Assembly: GCF_934754625.1 (NCBI RefSeq) | Contig: NZ_CAKVIU010000001.1 | DNA from: an uncultured Catenibacterium sp. | GTDB lineage: Bacteria > Bacillota_I > Bacilli_A > Erysipelotrichales > Coprobacillaceae | Direction: 5' to 3' (one strand) | DNA: 64,000 nt | Shown here: positions 33,253 to 42,953 of the stretch, in pieces | Layout of the letters: every line of letters begins with the position of its first letter | Numbering within the stretch: the stretch's first letter is position 1 | Notes under the pieces: generated by a model | What the model was told of the DNA's origin: nothing | What the model saw: the letters and a program-made list of their open reading frames with translations, nothing else | Database searches by the model: none | Position numbers and translations under genes: made by a program

Positions 33253-35832
33253 ATGTATAAAAAAACAATTGAAGAAGTAGTAAACTCTTTAGATACAAAT
33301 ATAGATAAAGGACTCACTTCTTCTGAAGCAAAGAAGAGACAAGGCATATATGGTACCAATGAACTAGAAAAGCCACAGAAAAGGTCTCTTCTTTTACGTT
33401 TTCTAGATCAGTTTAAGGATGCAATGATTATTATTTTAATTATTGCAGCAGTGGTGTCTATTATTGTAGAACCAGGAGAATGGATTGATTCTCTTATTAT
33501 TGTAATAGTTGTTATGATGAATGCGATTTTAGGTGTTGTATTAGAGAGTCATGCAGAAAAGAGTCTTGAATCATTACAGGAATTATCTGCACCACAATCT
33601 AAGGTATTAAGAGATGGTGTAAAACAGACTATTGCCTCTAAGGAATTAGTGCCTGGTGATATTATTATTCTTGAAACAGGGGATATGATTCCTAGTGATG
33701 CACGTTTAATTGAAGCTTATAACTTAAAGGTGGATGAATCTGCCTTAACAGGTGAATCTGTTCCTGTAGAAAAGACTACTGATCCTATTAGTCAAGATGT
33801 TGTGATTGGTGATCAGACTAATATGGTCTTCTCTTCTACAGTAGTGACTTATGGTCGTGGTGAAGCAATTGTCACATCTACTGGTATGAAGAATGAAGTA
33901 GGTAAGATTGCGGGCATGTTAAATGCGAGTGAAAAGGAATTAACACCTTTACAAGTTAAATTAAATGAAATAGGTAAAACAATTGGATTACTTTGTATTG
34001 TGATCTGTGTCATTGTATTTATTCTTGAATCAATGAGTGGTATTAGCTGGTTAGAATCATTTAAGACAGCTGTTGCCTTAGCTGTTGCAGCTGTACCAGA
34101 AGGACTTGCAGCTACTGTTACTATTGTCTTAGCTGTCAGTGTCACTAAGATGGTTAAACAGCATGCCATTATTCGTAAATTACCTGCAGTAGAAACATTA
34201 GGTAGTACTTCTATTGTATGTTCTGATAAGACAGGTACATTAACACAAAATAAGATGACTATCTTAAAGACTTACTTAGATGGTGATAAAGTTAAAGACT
34301 TAGAAGAAGCAGATTCTAAAACTATTGATATGTTGAATGCATTTACTCTATGTTCTGATGCATCTATTGATGATGGTAAGGTACTTGGTGATCCTACTGA
34401 AGTTGCATTAGTAGAAGCAAGTAAGAAGATGAACTTTGAAAAGAAAGCACTCATGGAAAAATATCCACGTGTAGGAGAATTGGCTTTTGATTCTGATCGT
34501 AAGATGATGAGTGTTATTGTGAAGGATGGAGATCATTATGTGTCTATTACAAAAGGTGGACCTGATGTAATTTTAAATAGATGTCGTGATGTAGATAGTG
34601 ATGAGGCAATGACTGCCAATGATGAAATGGCTAAAGATGCATTAAGAGTTTTAGCTGTGGCAGTAAAGACATATGATACAATGCCTACTGATATTACAGT
34701 AGAAGAAATAGAAAATGATATGGACTTTATTGGGTTTGTTGGAATGATTGACCCAGCTCGTCCAGAAGCAAAAGAAGCTATTAAAGTAGCTAAGCATGCA
34801 GGTGTGCGTACTATTATGATCACAGGTGACCATAAGACGACTGCGACTGCCATTGCGAAAGATTTAGGTATTTTAAGTGAAGGACAGGAAGTTATTTCTG
34901 GTGAAGAATTATCTCAGATGTCTCAGGAAGAACTAGAAAAGAATGTAGAAAAATATAGTGTTTATGCACGTGTGGCTCCTGAACATAAAGTGAATATCGT
35001 CAAAGCATGGAAATCAAAGAATAAGATTGTAGCGATGACAGGGGATGGTGTCAATGATGCACCAGCCTTAAAGACTGCAGATATTGGTTGTGCAATGGGT
35101 ATTACTGGTACTGATGTAGCTAAGAATGCGGCTACTATGATCTTAACAGATGATAATTTTGCGACTATTATTCAGTCTATTAAACAGGGTCGTGGTATTT
35201 TTGATAATATCCAGAAGGATGTACAGTTCTTATTATCAAGTAATATTGGTGAAGTATTGGCTATCTTCTTAGCTTCTATTATTGCGCTCATTAATCCTTC
35301 TTGGGGATTTGGTGTACCACTATTACCTATTCACTTATTATGGATCAACTTGATCACAGATGCTTTACCAGCATTTGCGATTGGCTTAGAACCAGTTGAA
35401 GATGATATCATGGATAGAAAACCTAGAGAAAAGGATGAAGGTTTCTTTGCGAATGGTTTAATGGTGAGAGTCATTTGGCAGGGTGTTATGGTAGGTCTAT
35501 TAACTCTTGCTTCTTATTCAATTGGTCAGTACTTCAGTACACATGAATATGCGATGACTATGGCTTTTATTACTATGTCAGGTGCTGAATTATGTCATTC
35601 ATTCAACGTAAAGAGTCATCATTCAGTATTTAATAAACAGGTATTTAATAATAAATATTTATGGGGTGCAACAGCTTTAGGTCTTGTATTACAGTTAATC
35701 ATTATCTTTACACCTCTTTCTCATTTATTTAGTTTAGTACCTCTTGATTCATCTCATTTTGCGATTGCAGCATTACTTGCATTCTCAGTGATCCCAATCG
35801 TAGAAATCTCTAAACGTTTCGATAAACGTTAA
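33253..35832 (+). CDS. P-type cation-transporting ATPase (Ca2+-ATPase, type IIA-like)
   Basis: DKTGTLT phosphorylation motif, TGDHKTTA, the TGDGVNDAPAL hinge, a ten-TM layout, and PEGL in TM4. Confidence 0.85.
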   Translation: MYKKTIEEVVNSLDTNIDKGLTSSEAKKRQGIYGTNELEKPQKRSLLLRFLDQFKDAMIIILIIAAVVSIIVEPGEWIDSLIIVIVVMMNAILGVVLESHAEKSLESLQELSAPQSKVLRDGVKQTIASKELVPGDIIILETGDMIPSDARLIEAYNLKVDESALTGESVPVEKTTDPISQDVVIGDQTNMVFSSTVVTYGRGEAIVTSTGMKNEVGKIAGMLNASEKELTPLQVKLNEIGKTIGLLCIVICVIVFILESMSGISWLESFKTAVALAVAAVPEGLAATVTIVLAVSVTKMVKQHAIIRKLPAVETLGSTSIVCSDKTGTLTQNKMTILKTYLDGDKVKDLEEADSKTIDMLNAFTLCSDASIDDGKVLGDPTEVALVEASKKMNFEKKALMEKYPRVGELAFDSDRKMMSVIVKDGDHYVSITKGGPDVILNRCRDVDSDEAMTANDEMAKDALRVLAVAVKTYDTMPTDITVEEIENDMDFIGFVGMIDPARPEAKEAIKVAKHAGVRTIMITGDHKTTATAIAKDLGILSEGQEVISGEELSQMSQEELEKNVEKYSVYARVAPEHKVNIVKAWKSKNKIVAMTGDGVNDAPALKTADIGCAMGITGTDVAKNAATMILTDDNFATIIQSIKQGRGIFDNIQKDVQFLLSSNIGEVLAIFLASIIALINPSWGFGVPLLPIHLLWINLITDALPAFAIGLEPVEDDIMDRKPREKDEGFFANGLMVRVIWQGVMVGLLTLASYSIGQYFSTHEYAMTMAFITMSGAELCHSFNVKSHHSVFNKQVFNNKYLWGATALGLVLQLIIIFTPLSHLFSLVPLDSSHFAIAALLAFSVIPIVEISKRFDKR

Positions 35833-35858
35833 CACCTGCATCGCAGGTGTTTTTTTTT
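35833..35858 (+). terminator. Rho-independent terminator after the ATPase gene
   Basis: acacctgcatcgcaggtgt followed by T9. Confidence 0.7.
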
Positions 35859-35974
35859 ATAATTTCTATTGCATTTATCTTAAATGAGTAGTACTATGTA
35901 GTTAGTAAAGGCTAACCCTTTACTAAACACAACATATCCTTTCATATTCTCAGTTCCTTAAAACAGAGGACATA

Positions 35975-36012
35975 AAAAAATCACAGGACGGCACACACCT
36001 GTGATTTTTTTA
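35975..36012. terminator. Bidirectional terminator downstream of dtxR
   Basis: aaaaaaatcacagg-acggcacac-cctgtgattttttt, with T/A runs on both sides. Confidence 0.6.
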
Positions 36013-36013
36013 T

Positions 36014-36385
36014 TTATACTTTGTCTTTAAAATAAGCTTTTAATGCTTCAAAAGTTTCTGGTGAAATATAATGTTCAATACGACAGGCATCCTGTGAAGC
36101 AGTAGATTCACTTACACCAATATGAACTAAGATATTTCTTAATTCAGTATGTCTTTCAAAAATCATATTCGCAATCTTAGCACCAGCTTCTGTTAATGTA
36201 ATAGCACCATCTTCATCCATGTTGATGAGTTCTTTCTCTTTTAATCTTTTCATCTGTTGTGAAATAGTTGGTTTAGAGAAATTCATTTCACGGGCGATAT
36301 CAATGGAACGCACATGTCCTTTCTTCTTCTGAATAACTAATATAGTTTCTAAGTACATTTCTGTTGATTCACTCATCTTATTCAC
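36014..36385 (-). CDS. DtxR/MntR-family metal-dependent transcriptional regulator
   Basis: N-terminal wHTH and the metal-binding helix pattern (EMYLE.I, ARIA; the His/Glu sites) of DtxR-type repressors. 123 aa, no SH3 domain. Confidence 0.7.
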   Translation of the reverse strand: MNKMSESTEMYLETILVIQKKKGHVRSIDIAREMNFSKPTISQQMKRLKEKELINMDEDGAITLTEAGAKIANMIFERHTELRNILVHIGVSESTASQDACRIEHYISPETFEALKAYFKDKV

Positions 36386-36504
36386 CTCATTTGTATCATT
36401 ATACCATAAAAATTCAAATAATGAAAAAGTTAGGCTTTACTAATATTTTTATTGACATATAAAAAGAGTAAGTCTATACTAACAGTGAAGTTAGAAAGGG
36501 CTAA

Positions 36505-36523
36505 TTAGAATAGCCTAATCATC
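36505..36523. promoter_or_regulatory. Candidate DtxR-family operator upstream of feoA
   Basis: ttagaatagcctaatcatc matches 13/19 positions of the IdeR/DtxR consensus TTAGGTTAGCCTAACCTAA. It is an imperfect palindrome just upstream of the feoA RBS and divergent from dtxR. Confidence 0.35.
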
Positions 36524-36539
36524 TGAGGAGGCGGAGTAT

Positions 36540-36749
36540 ATGCCAATTAGTATGGCAAACCCTGGAGATACAGTCATTATTAGACGTATTACAGGAACTG
36601 ATAAAGTAAAGAATCATCTTGCAGAGCTTGGTTTTGTGGTAGATGGTGAAGTGACTATTATCAGTAAAGTGGATAACGGAATTATTTGTAATGTGAAAGG
36701 CAGTAGGATTGCGCTTTCTGAACAGATGGCGAATCGTATATTGTTTTAA
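36540..36749 (+). CDS. feoA: FeoA family protein
   Basis: 69-aa SH3-like FeoA domain. Confidence 0.75.
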   Translation: MPISMANPGDTVIIRRITGTDKVKNHLAELGFVVDGEVTIISKVDNGIICNVKGSRIALSEQMANRILF

Positions 36750-36761
36750 GGGAGGAGTATC

Positions 36762-36983
36762 ATGAACTTAAAAGACGTTAAAGTGGGCGAAACAGTAACT
36801 ATTAAAAAAGTAACTGGTACAGGTCCAGTAAAAAGAAGAATTATGGATATGGGTTTAACTAAAGGACAAAGCGTTTATGTAAGAAAAGTAGCACCTTTAG
36901 GAGATCCAGTAGAAATCACAGTACGCGGTTATGAATTATCATTGCGTAAAGCAGATGCGCAGATGATTGAAGTGGAGGAATAG
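36762..36983 (+). CDS. feoA: FeoA family protein (second copy)
   Basis: 73-aa FeoA domain, closely similar to the FeoA part of the FeoAB fusion at 25274. Confidence 0.75.
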   Translation: MNLKDVKVGETVTIKKVTGTGPVKRRIMDMGLTKGQSVYVRKVAPLGDPVEITVRGYELSLRKADAQMIEVEE

Positions 36984-36985
36984 TT

Positions 36986-39109
36986 ATGAAGATAGCGTTA
37001 GCGGGTAACCCTAACTCTGGTAAGACTACATTATTCAACGCACTGACAGGGAGTACACAGTACGTTGGTAACTGGCCAGGGGTTACAGTTGAAAAGAAAG
37101 ATGGGAAACTAAAAGGTCATAAAGATGTGACTATCCAGGATTTACCTGGTATTTATTCATTATCTCCTTACACACTTGAAGAAGTTGTTACAAGAAGATA
37201 TTTAATTAATGAAACACCTGATGCAATCATTAATATTATTGATGGTACTAACCTAGAAAGAAACTTATATTTAACTACTCAGTTAGCTGAATTAGGTATT
37301 CCTATGGTTCTAGCAGTGAATATGTATGATATCATCGAAAAAAAAGGTGATAAGATTGACTTAGATCAGTTAGGTCAGTTATTTGGCTGTAAAGCAATGA
37401 CTTTATCTGCATTAAAGGATAAAGGTACACAGGAAGTGGCTGAAGAAGCAATCAAACTTGCACACAACCATAAGGTATCAGAACATCCTCATGTATTTGT
37501 TGGTTCTGTAGAACATGCTTTAGCACATATTGAAGAATCAATTGAAAACAAAGTAGATGCATCTAAGTTAAGATGGTTTGCGGTTAAAGTATTTGAAAGA
37601 GATGAAAAGGTATTGGCTGAACTTAAATTAGATCAGGCAGTATTAAATGAAATCGAAGGTCATATTGCGGATTGTGAAAAAGAAATGGATGATGATTCAG
37701 AATCTATTATCACAAACCAGAGATATACATTTATCAAGAACTCTATTGATAAGGTTCTTACAAAGAAGAATCCACATGAAACATTATCTACATCAGATAA
37801 GATTGATAAGATTGTGACTAACAGATTCTTAGCTTTACCAATCTTCGTATTAATTATGTGGCTTGTTTATTACATCTCAGTATCTACAGTAGGTGACTGG
37901 ATGACTAGCTGGGTAAACGATGTATTATTTGGAGAAATCATTCCACCTGCAGTAGAAACTTTCCTTAAATCAATTGGTTGTGCAGATGCATTAATCAGTT
38001 TAATTAATGATGGTATTATTGGTGGTGTTGGTACAGTATTAGGTTTCGTACCACAGATGGCACTCATCTTCTTATTCTTAGCTATTCTTGAAGATTCAGG
38101 ATATATGGCAAGAATTGCCTTCATCATGGATAGACTATTACGTAAATTCGGTTTATCTGGTAAATCATTCATCCCTATCTTAATCGGTACAGGATGTGGT
38201 GTTCCAGCTGTTATGGGTACACGTACTATTGAAAATGAAGCAGATAGAAGAATGACTATTCTATTATGTACATTTATTCCATGTGGTGCAAAGACTGTTA
38301 TTATTGGTATGATCACATCAGCATTCTTCCCAGGTAACACTTGGATTGCGCCAGCAATGTATTTCTTAAGTATTTTAGTTATTATTTTATCAGGTATCGC
38401 ATTAAAGAAAACTCGTTTCTTTGCAGGTGATCCAGCACCATTCGTTATGGAATTACCAGCATACCATGTTCCTACACTAAGAGGTGTATTCATCCATGTT
38501 TGGGAACGTGCAAAAGCATTTATGATTAAAGCAGGTACTATTATCTTTAGTATTTGTATTGTAGTATGGTTATTATCTACATTTAACTTCTCATTCCAGA
38601 TGGTTGATATTGAAAATTCTATGTTAGCGTCTATTGGTCATGTATTTGCGACATTATTCGCACCAGTAGGTATTGAAAACTGGAAAGGTTCAGTTGCAGT
38701 AATTTCAGCTCTTGCAGCTAAGGAACAGGCTGTTTCTACTATCTCTATCTTAAATCATATGGGTGATGCTGATTCAGGTGCTAAGGCTATTCATGCTATG
38801 GTGAATACTTTCTCTGCAATGGGTGGTTTCTCATTCATGGTCTTAAACTTATTCGATCCACCATGCTTTGCCGCTATTGGTACAATCATGAGAGAAATGG
38901 GTTCTAAGTTCTGGGGATGGTTCGCAGTATTATACCAGATGGTACTAGGTTATGTATTAGCTATGATCACTTATCAGTTAGGTTCATGGTTATTCTATGG
39001 TGCAGCATTCGGACTTGGTCAGATTCTATCAATCGTATGTATTTTAGTAATGATCTACTTCATTGTAAGACCAGCACCTAAACCAGAATTAAAGACACAG
39101 AGAGCTTAA
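36986..39109 (+). CDS. feoB: Ferrous iron transport protein B
   Basis: G-domain GNPNSGKTTLFN, DLPG, and a polytopic membrane domain. 707 aa. Confidence 0.85.
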   Translation: MKIALAGNPNSGKTTLFNALTGSTQYVGNWPGVTVEKKDGKLKGHKDVTIQDLPGIYSLSPYTLEEVVTRRYLINETPDAIINIIDGTNLERNLYLTTQLAELGIPMVLAVNMYDIIEKKGDKIDLDQLGQLFGCKAMTLSALKDKGTQEVAEEAIKLAHNHKVSEHPHVFVGSVEHALAHIEESIENKVDASKLRWFAVKVFERDEKVLAELKLDQAVLNEIEGHIADCEKEMDDDSESIITNQRYTFIKNSIDKVLTKKNPHETLSTSDKIDKIVTNRFLALPIFVLIMWLVYYISVSTVGDWMTSWVNDVLFGEIIPPAVETFLKSIGCADALISLINDGIIGGVGTVLGFVPQMALIFLFLAILEDSGYMARIAFIMDRLLRKFGLSGKSFIPILIGTGCGVPAVMGTRTIENEADRRMTILLCTFIPCGAKTVIIGMITSAFFPGNTWIAPAMYFLSILVIILSGIALKKTRFFAGDPAPFVMELPAYHVPTLRGVFIHVWERAKAFMIKAGTIIFSICIVVWLLSTFNFSFQMVDIENSMLASIGHVFATLFAPVGIENWKGSVAVISALAAKEQAVSTISILNHMGDADSGAKAIHAMVNTFSAMGGFSFMVLNLFDPPCFAAIGTIMREMGSKFWGWFAVLYQMVLGYVLAMITYQLGSWLFYGAAFGLGQILSIVCILVMIYFIVRPAPKPELKTQRA

Positions 39110-39115
39110 TCAATT

Positions 39116-39463
39116 ATGGGTAACATCATAGTTGCGGCTATTGTTGTTGTGTTGCTCATTATAGGTGTTCTTCACTACAAGAAGACTTTACAGTCAGGAT
39201 GTTGTGGTGAACACGATCAAATAAAGAAAATAGGCACGAGGGATAAGGATAAAAATCTTTATCCCTATCGTACTACTTTGTATATTGACGATATGTTCTG
39301 CAAGAATTGTGCAGCAACAATAGAAAACGCATTTAATCAACATAAAGAATATCTTGCATCAGTAAACATGAATAAGAAAGAAATCACTATTCTTTCTATG
39401 AATCAACCTGATCTAGAAACGTATAAACAGATGATCATCAAACTTGGTTATACGCCAAGATAA
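39116..39463 (+). CDS. FeoB-associated Cys-rich membrane protein fused to a heavy-metal-associated (HMA) domain
   Basis: N-terminal TM helix + KK + CCGEH resembles FeoB-associated Cys-rich peptides. The C-terminal ~70 aa carry the MxCxxC motif (MFCKNC) in the position of an HMA fold. Confidence 0.5.
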   Translation: MGNIIVAAIVVVLLIIGVLHYKKTLQSGCCGEHDQIKKIGTRDKDKNLYPYRTTLYIDDMFCKNCAATIENAFNQHKEYLASVNMNKKEITILSMNQPDLETYKQMIIKLGYTPR

Positions 39464-39492
39464 TTGTATAATAGAAGCAAGGAGGAGATAGT

Positions 39493-39684
39493 ATGGGTAC
39501 AATTGTAGTAAGTATTTTCTTAGTTATCTGGATTTGTCTTGTCCTTAGAACTATATATAAGAATAAGAAAAAAGGCATAGGTGTATGTGGTCATAATTGT
39601 AATACATGTGGCACAAATGATCTATGTCATGCTGATCTCTATAAAATGTATCGTGAAGAGATGCGTAAGGAAGGACACGCTTAG
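39493..39684 (+). CDS. FeoB-associated Cys-rich membrane protein
   Basis: 63 aa: N-terminal TM helix, Lys-rich stretch, then CGHNCNTCGTNDLC. Confidence 0.55.
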   Translation: MGTIVVSIFLVIWICLVLRTIYKNKKKGIGVCGHNCNTCGTNDLCHADLYKMYREEMRKEGHA

Positions 39685-39786
39685 TGTTCTTCTTTTTTTA
39701 GTTTGAGCATATTCATTGAATTATATCCTAAAAGGACTATACTATAAATAGTAATAATTACTATTTATAAAAAGGAGGAAACAAAT

Positions 39787-39903
39787 ATGAAATGGGTATG
39801 TAAAGTATGTGGATATGTATATGAAGGTGATGAATTACCTGAAGATTATGTATGTCCAGTATGTGGTGTAGGACCAGAAGAATTTGAAAAAGTAGAAGAA
39901 TAA
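39787..39903 (+). CDS. Rubredoxin-like mini-protein (38 aa)
   Basis: Not in the ORF track. AAAGGAGG RBS 7 nt upstream. Translation [38 protein letters not shown] has two CxxCG knuckles and the rubredoxin-like W/Y/F positions. Confidence 0.6.
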   Translation: MKWVCKVCGYVYEGDELPEDYVCPVCGVGPEEFEKVEE

Positions 39904-39976
39904 TATTCATTCTTCTAAATAAAAGAGGCTGTAACGTTTAAGGTTATCTATACGTTACAGCCTTTTTAGTAATAAT

Positions 39977-40372
39977 TTAAAAGAGTTCATTTGCTTTCAT
40001 ACGTTTCAACTCAATATGTGTATTTTTCTTATGTCTGCAATAGAAGTAAATACCTAGCATAACAAAATTTACAGCATTGATAGACACAATAGTATATACA
40101 ATGCTTGTTGTTGTAAGAGAGTGATCTACTAGTGCTACAGATGTTTTCTTATCTGAAGAACTTTCTACCACTTCACCTGTTTCTGTCATTACGGATTGAG
40201 TCGTTTCAATTTTATTATGAGTGGGTATGAATCCAAATGTGAATATGAGTGAACTTGCAAAAATAACGATTGGGATAATCAAACCAAATAACTTGTTATC
40301 CTTTTTCGATAAAAATATTTGTAGTCTTATAATTGCGATTATAATAATCACACCAATAATAGCTCTAACCAT
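39977..40372 (-). CDS. Hypothetical membrane protein (3 predicted TM)
   Basis: 131-aa hydrophobic ORF, overlapping the upstream DUF2089-like gene by 8 nt (operonic). Confidence 0.45.
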   Translation of the reverse strand: MVRAIIGVIIIIAIIRLQIFLSKKDNKLFGLIIPIVIFASSLIFTFGFIPTHNKIETTQSVMTETGEVVESSSDKKTSVALVDHSLTTTSIVYTIVSINAVNFVMLGIYFYCRHKKNTHIELKRMKANELF

Positions 40373-40670
40373 TTTTTGATTTCTCCTTTATTTTCTTATA
40401 CTCTGTAATTAAATTCTTAGCAACATCAAATTCTATATCTTCATCAATGACATATCTTTTGATCAACTCTACAAACTCATCATTGTCTGTTTTGTCTTCA
40501 GATAATTTGATCTTATCAATCAATTTATTCAATCTAACTCTTACTGTTGGATAAGTAACACCGTATAACTTAGCAACTTCTTTTAAAGAACCTGAAGCGA
40601 GTAAAAATCTTTTTATAAAAATCATATCTTCATCATCCAAATTTTTCATCCATATAGGAACAGTATCCAT
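40365..40670 (-). CDS. DUF2089-like HTH protein
   Basis: Start set at the internal ATG (MDTVPIW), which has an AGAGGTGA RBS. LKEVAKLYGVTYPTVRVRLNKLIDK matches the DUF2089 HTH region; no N-terminal zinc ribbon is present. Confidence 0.5.
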   Translation of the reverse strand: MDTVPIWMKNLDDEDMIFIKRFLLASGSLKEVAKLYGVTYPTVRVRLNKLIDKIKLSEDKTDNDEFVELIKRYVIDEDIEFDVAKNLITEYKKIKEKSKNG

Positions 40671-40870
40671 ATTTATCACCTCTATTTGTAATATAACATA
40701 TTTATATTTTAAATAAAAGATAAATATTTTAACAATATTAAAAAATAAATTTAATAAAAATAAAAACACTACTAGTTTTTTGATGAATATGGAAGTATTG
40801 TGTATTTTGATTAGGTTTGATTTATTTAGTTGTTTGATATGATATAGTAGTGTGGAATGGAGAGGTGAAT

Positions 40871-41299
40871 ATGAAGAAAATATTAATTTTATTAGTGACA
40901 ATGATGTTATGTGCCTGCTCATCTGCAGAACCTATGTCACTCAAAGACAGCTATGGACAGTACAAACAGGAAGAAATCGTCTATGTGAATAAGAAGGATT
41001 TCATAAAGAAGAAGGATGCTTATAATGCCTATCTTGTTTATGAAATGAGTAAAGATGCATGTACATTTGAAAGTGATTTAAAGTATCAGAATGTCCAATA
41101 TAAGAAGGTTGAATTATCAAAGGATGAGAAAGAAAAAGTACCTGAAGCTTTGATTAAATATAACCTTTATGAAGGTGATAAACAGTTAGGTATTGCGGTT
41201 TACTTAGGTGAAGAAACTGTTTATATTTCTAGCTATGATCAATATGATGGTAAGCCTGTCTATATTGCGAAAATGAAAAAAATCACAAAGAAGAGTTAA
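40871..41299 (+). CDS. Hypothetical lipoprotein
   Basis: Signal peptide with lipobox LCAC. 142 aa. Confidence 0.5.
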   Translation: MKKILILLVTMMLCACSSAEPMSLKDSYGQYKQEEIVYVNKKDFIKKKDAYNAYLVYEMSKDACTFESDLKYQNVQYKKVELSKDEKEKVPEALIKYNLYEGDKQLGIAVYLGEETVYISSYDQYDGKPVYIAKMKKITKKS

Positions 41300-41352
41300 A
41301 ATTTACGAAAAACAGAAAATAAATAATTTTGTTTATATTTAAAGAAAAATTA

Positions 41353-41381
41353 TTGACAAAGTAAAAAAGTGATTGTATTAT
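41353..41381 (+). promoter_or_regulatory. Sigma-A-type promoter of the arg leader
   Basis: TTGACA, 17-nt spacer, TATTAT. Confidence 0.6.
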
Positions 41382-41387
41382 AAACCC

Positions 41388-41626
41388 AAGTTAAATAAAC
41401 AAATCGATGAACGAGAAGAGTATCTTACAATCACCTACAGCGAGATGACATAGAGTGGAAGGTCATCAGGAAGATATAAGAGAAACGCACTCGGGAGAGT
41501 CTGTTGGAATTGAGTATAACAGAACGTGAATCTGCGTTAATGAAGAGGTGGTTTGTATGATACAAGCAACTAGAGTGGTACCGCGTTTATATACGTCTCT
41601 GGATTAATCCAGAGGCGTTTTTTGTT
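41388..41626 (+). promoter_or_regulatory. T-box riboswitch leader upstream of argG (putative Arg specifier)
   Basis: T-box sequence aactagagtggtaccgcg (41567..41585), then terminator cgtctctgg-attaat-ccagaggcg + T6 (41593..41626). GATGA K-turn-like and AGAGUA elements near the 5' end. Candidate specifier loop gaaCGUgaa at 41522..41530. Confidence 0.65.
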
Positions 41627-41718
41627 TATTAAAGGGGTGTTTGATATGAAGGAACGACGATCTAGTTAAGTAGTGGGGCATTAAAATAAAACATCAAACA
41701 TTAAAGGAGAAGAAAATT

Positions 41719-42942
41719 ATGGAAAAGAAAACATTTAAGAAAGTTGTATTAGCTTATAGTGGAGGATTAGATACTTCAATTATTATTTCTTGGTTAAAGG
41801 AAAATTATGGCTGTGAAGTTATTGCGGTCGCTGCTGATGTGGGACAGGGTGCTGGAGAACTTGATGGTCTTGATGAAAAGGCTGCAAAGACAGGTGCTTC
41901 TAAATATATTTGTGTAGACTGCAAACCTGAATTCGTTAAGGATTTCTGTTTTGAAGCAGTTAAAGCCAATGCATTATATGAAGGTAAGTATATGTTAGGT
42001 ACTTCTCTTGCAAGACCAATTATTGCGAAGAAGTTAGTAGATATCGCTTTAGAAGAAGGTGCAGATGCCATCTGTCATGGATGTACTGGTAAAGGTAATG
42101 ACCAGGTAAGATTTGAATTAGCTATTAAAGCATTCGCACCAGATATGCCTATTATTGCTCCTTGGAGAGAATGGGATATTAAATCAAGAGAAGAAGAAAT
42201 CGAATATGCTGAAGCAAGAAAGATTCCTTTAAAGATCAACAGAGAAACAAACTACTCTAAAGATAAGAACTTATGGCATTTATCACATGAAGGTTTAGAT
42301 CTTGAAAATCCAGCTAATGAACCTAAGTATGATGAAATTCTAGAAATGGGTGTTTCACCAGAAAAGGCACCAGATGTTCCAACATATATCACTTTAACTT
42401 TTGAAAAGGGTGTTGCAGTTGCATTAAATGGTGAAAAACTTGAACCAGTAGAAATGTTGACTAAGTTAAATGAAATCGGTGGTGCAAATGGTGTTGGTAT
42501 CGCAGATATGGTTGAAAACAGACTTGTTGGTATGAAATCAAGAGGTGTATATGAAACACCAGGTGGAACTATTTTATATGCAGCACATCAGAACCTAGAA
42601 GAAATTACTGTAGATAAAGAAACACAGCACTTTAAACAGCAGTTAAGCTTAAAGCTTGCTGATAATATCTATAATGGTCAGTGGTATACACCTCTTACTG
42701 AAGCATTACTTGCATTTGTAGATAAGACTCAGGAAAACGTAAATGGTGACGTTAAACTTAAATTATATAAGGGTAATATTGTAGGTGCTGGTGTAACATC
42801 TCCAGATACATTACATGATTTACAGACAGCATCATTTGATGAAGATGATGATTATGATCAGTATGATGCGAAAGGATTCATCACATTATATGGTTTACCA
42901 ATTAAGGTAAAAGCTAAGTTAGATCAGAAGAAAAAGAAATAG
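41719..42942 (+). CDS. argG: Argininosuccinate synthase
   Basis: [11 protein letters not shown]-loop motif. 407 aa, typical ArgG. Confidence 0.9.
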   Translation: MEKKTFKKVVLAYSGGLDTSIIISWLKENYGCEVIAVAADVGQGAGELDGLDEKAAKTGASKYICVDCKPEFVKDFCFEAVKANALYEGKYMLGTSLARPIIAKKLVDIALEEGADAICHGCTGKGNDQVRFELAIKAFAPDMPIIAPWREWDIKSREEEIEYAEARKIPLKINRETNYSKDKNLWHLSHEGLDLENPANEPKYDEILEMGVSPEKAPDVPTYITLTFEKGVAVALNGEKLEPVEMLTKLNEIGGANGVGIADMVENRLVGMKSRGVYETPGGTILYAAHQNLEEITVDKETQHFKQQLSLKLADNIYNGQWYTPLTEALLAFVDKTQENVNGDVKLKLYKGNIVGAGVTSPDTLHDLQTASFDEDDDYDQYDAKGFITLYGLPIKVKAKLDQKKKK

Positions 42943-42953
42943 GAGTTTAAGAT

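Noticed and set aside
33849-34853. Four minus-strand ORFs (60-106 aa) inside the Ca2+-ATPase gene
   Set aside because: They are antisense shadows of a strongly supported 859-aa P-type ATPase. Their Ser/Thr/Ala-rich composition is typical of reverse-frame artefacts.
37870-38493. 207-aa minus-strand ORF inside feoB
   Set aside because: Antisense shadow ORF within the FeoB membrane domain.
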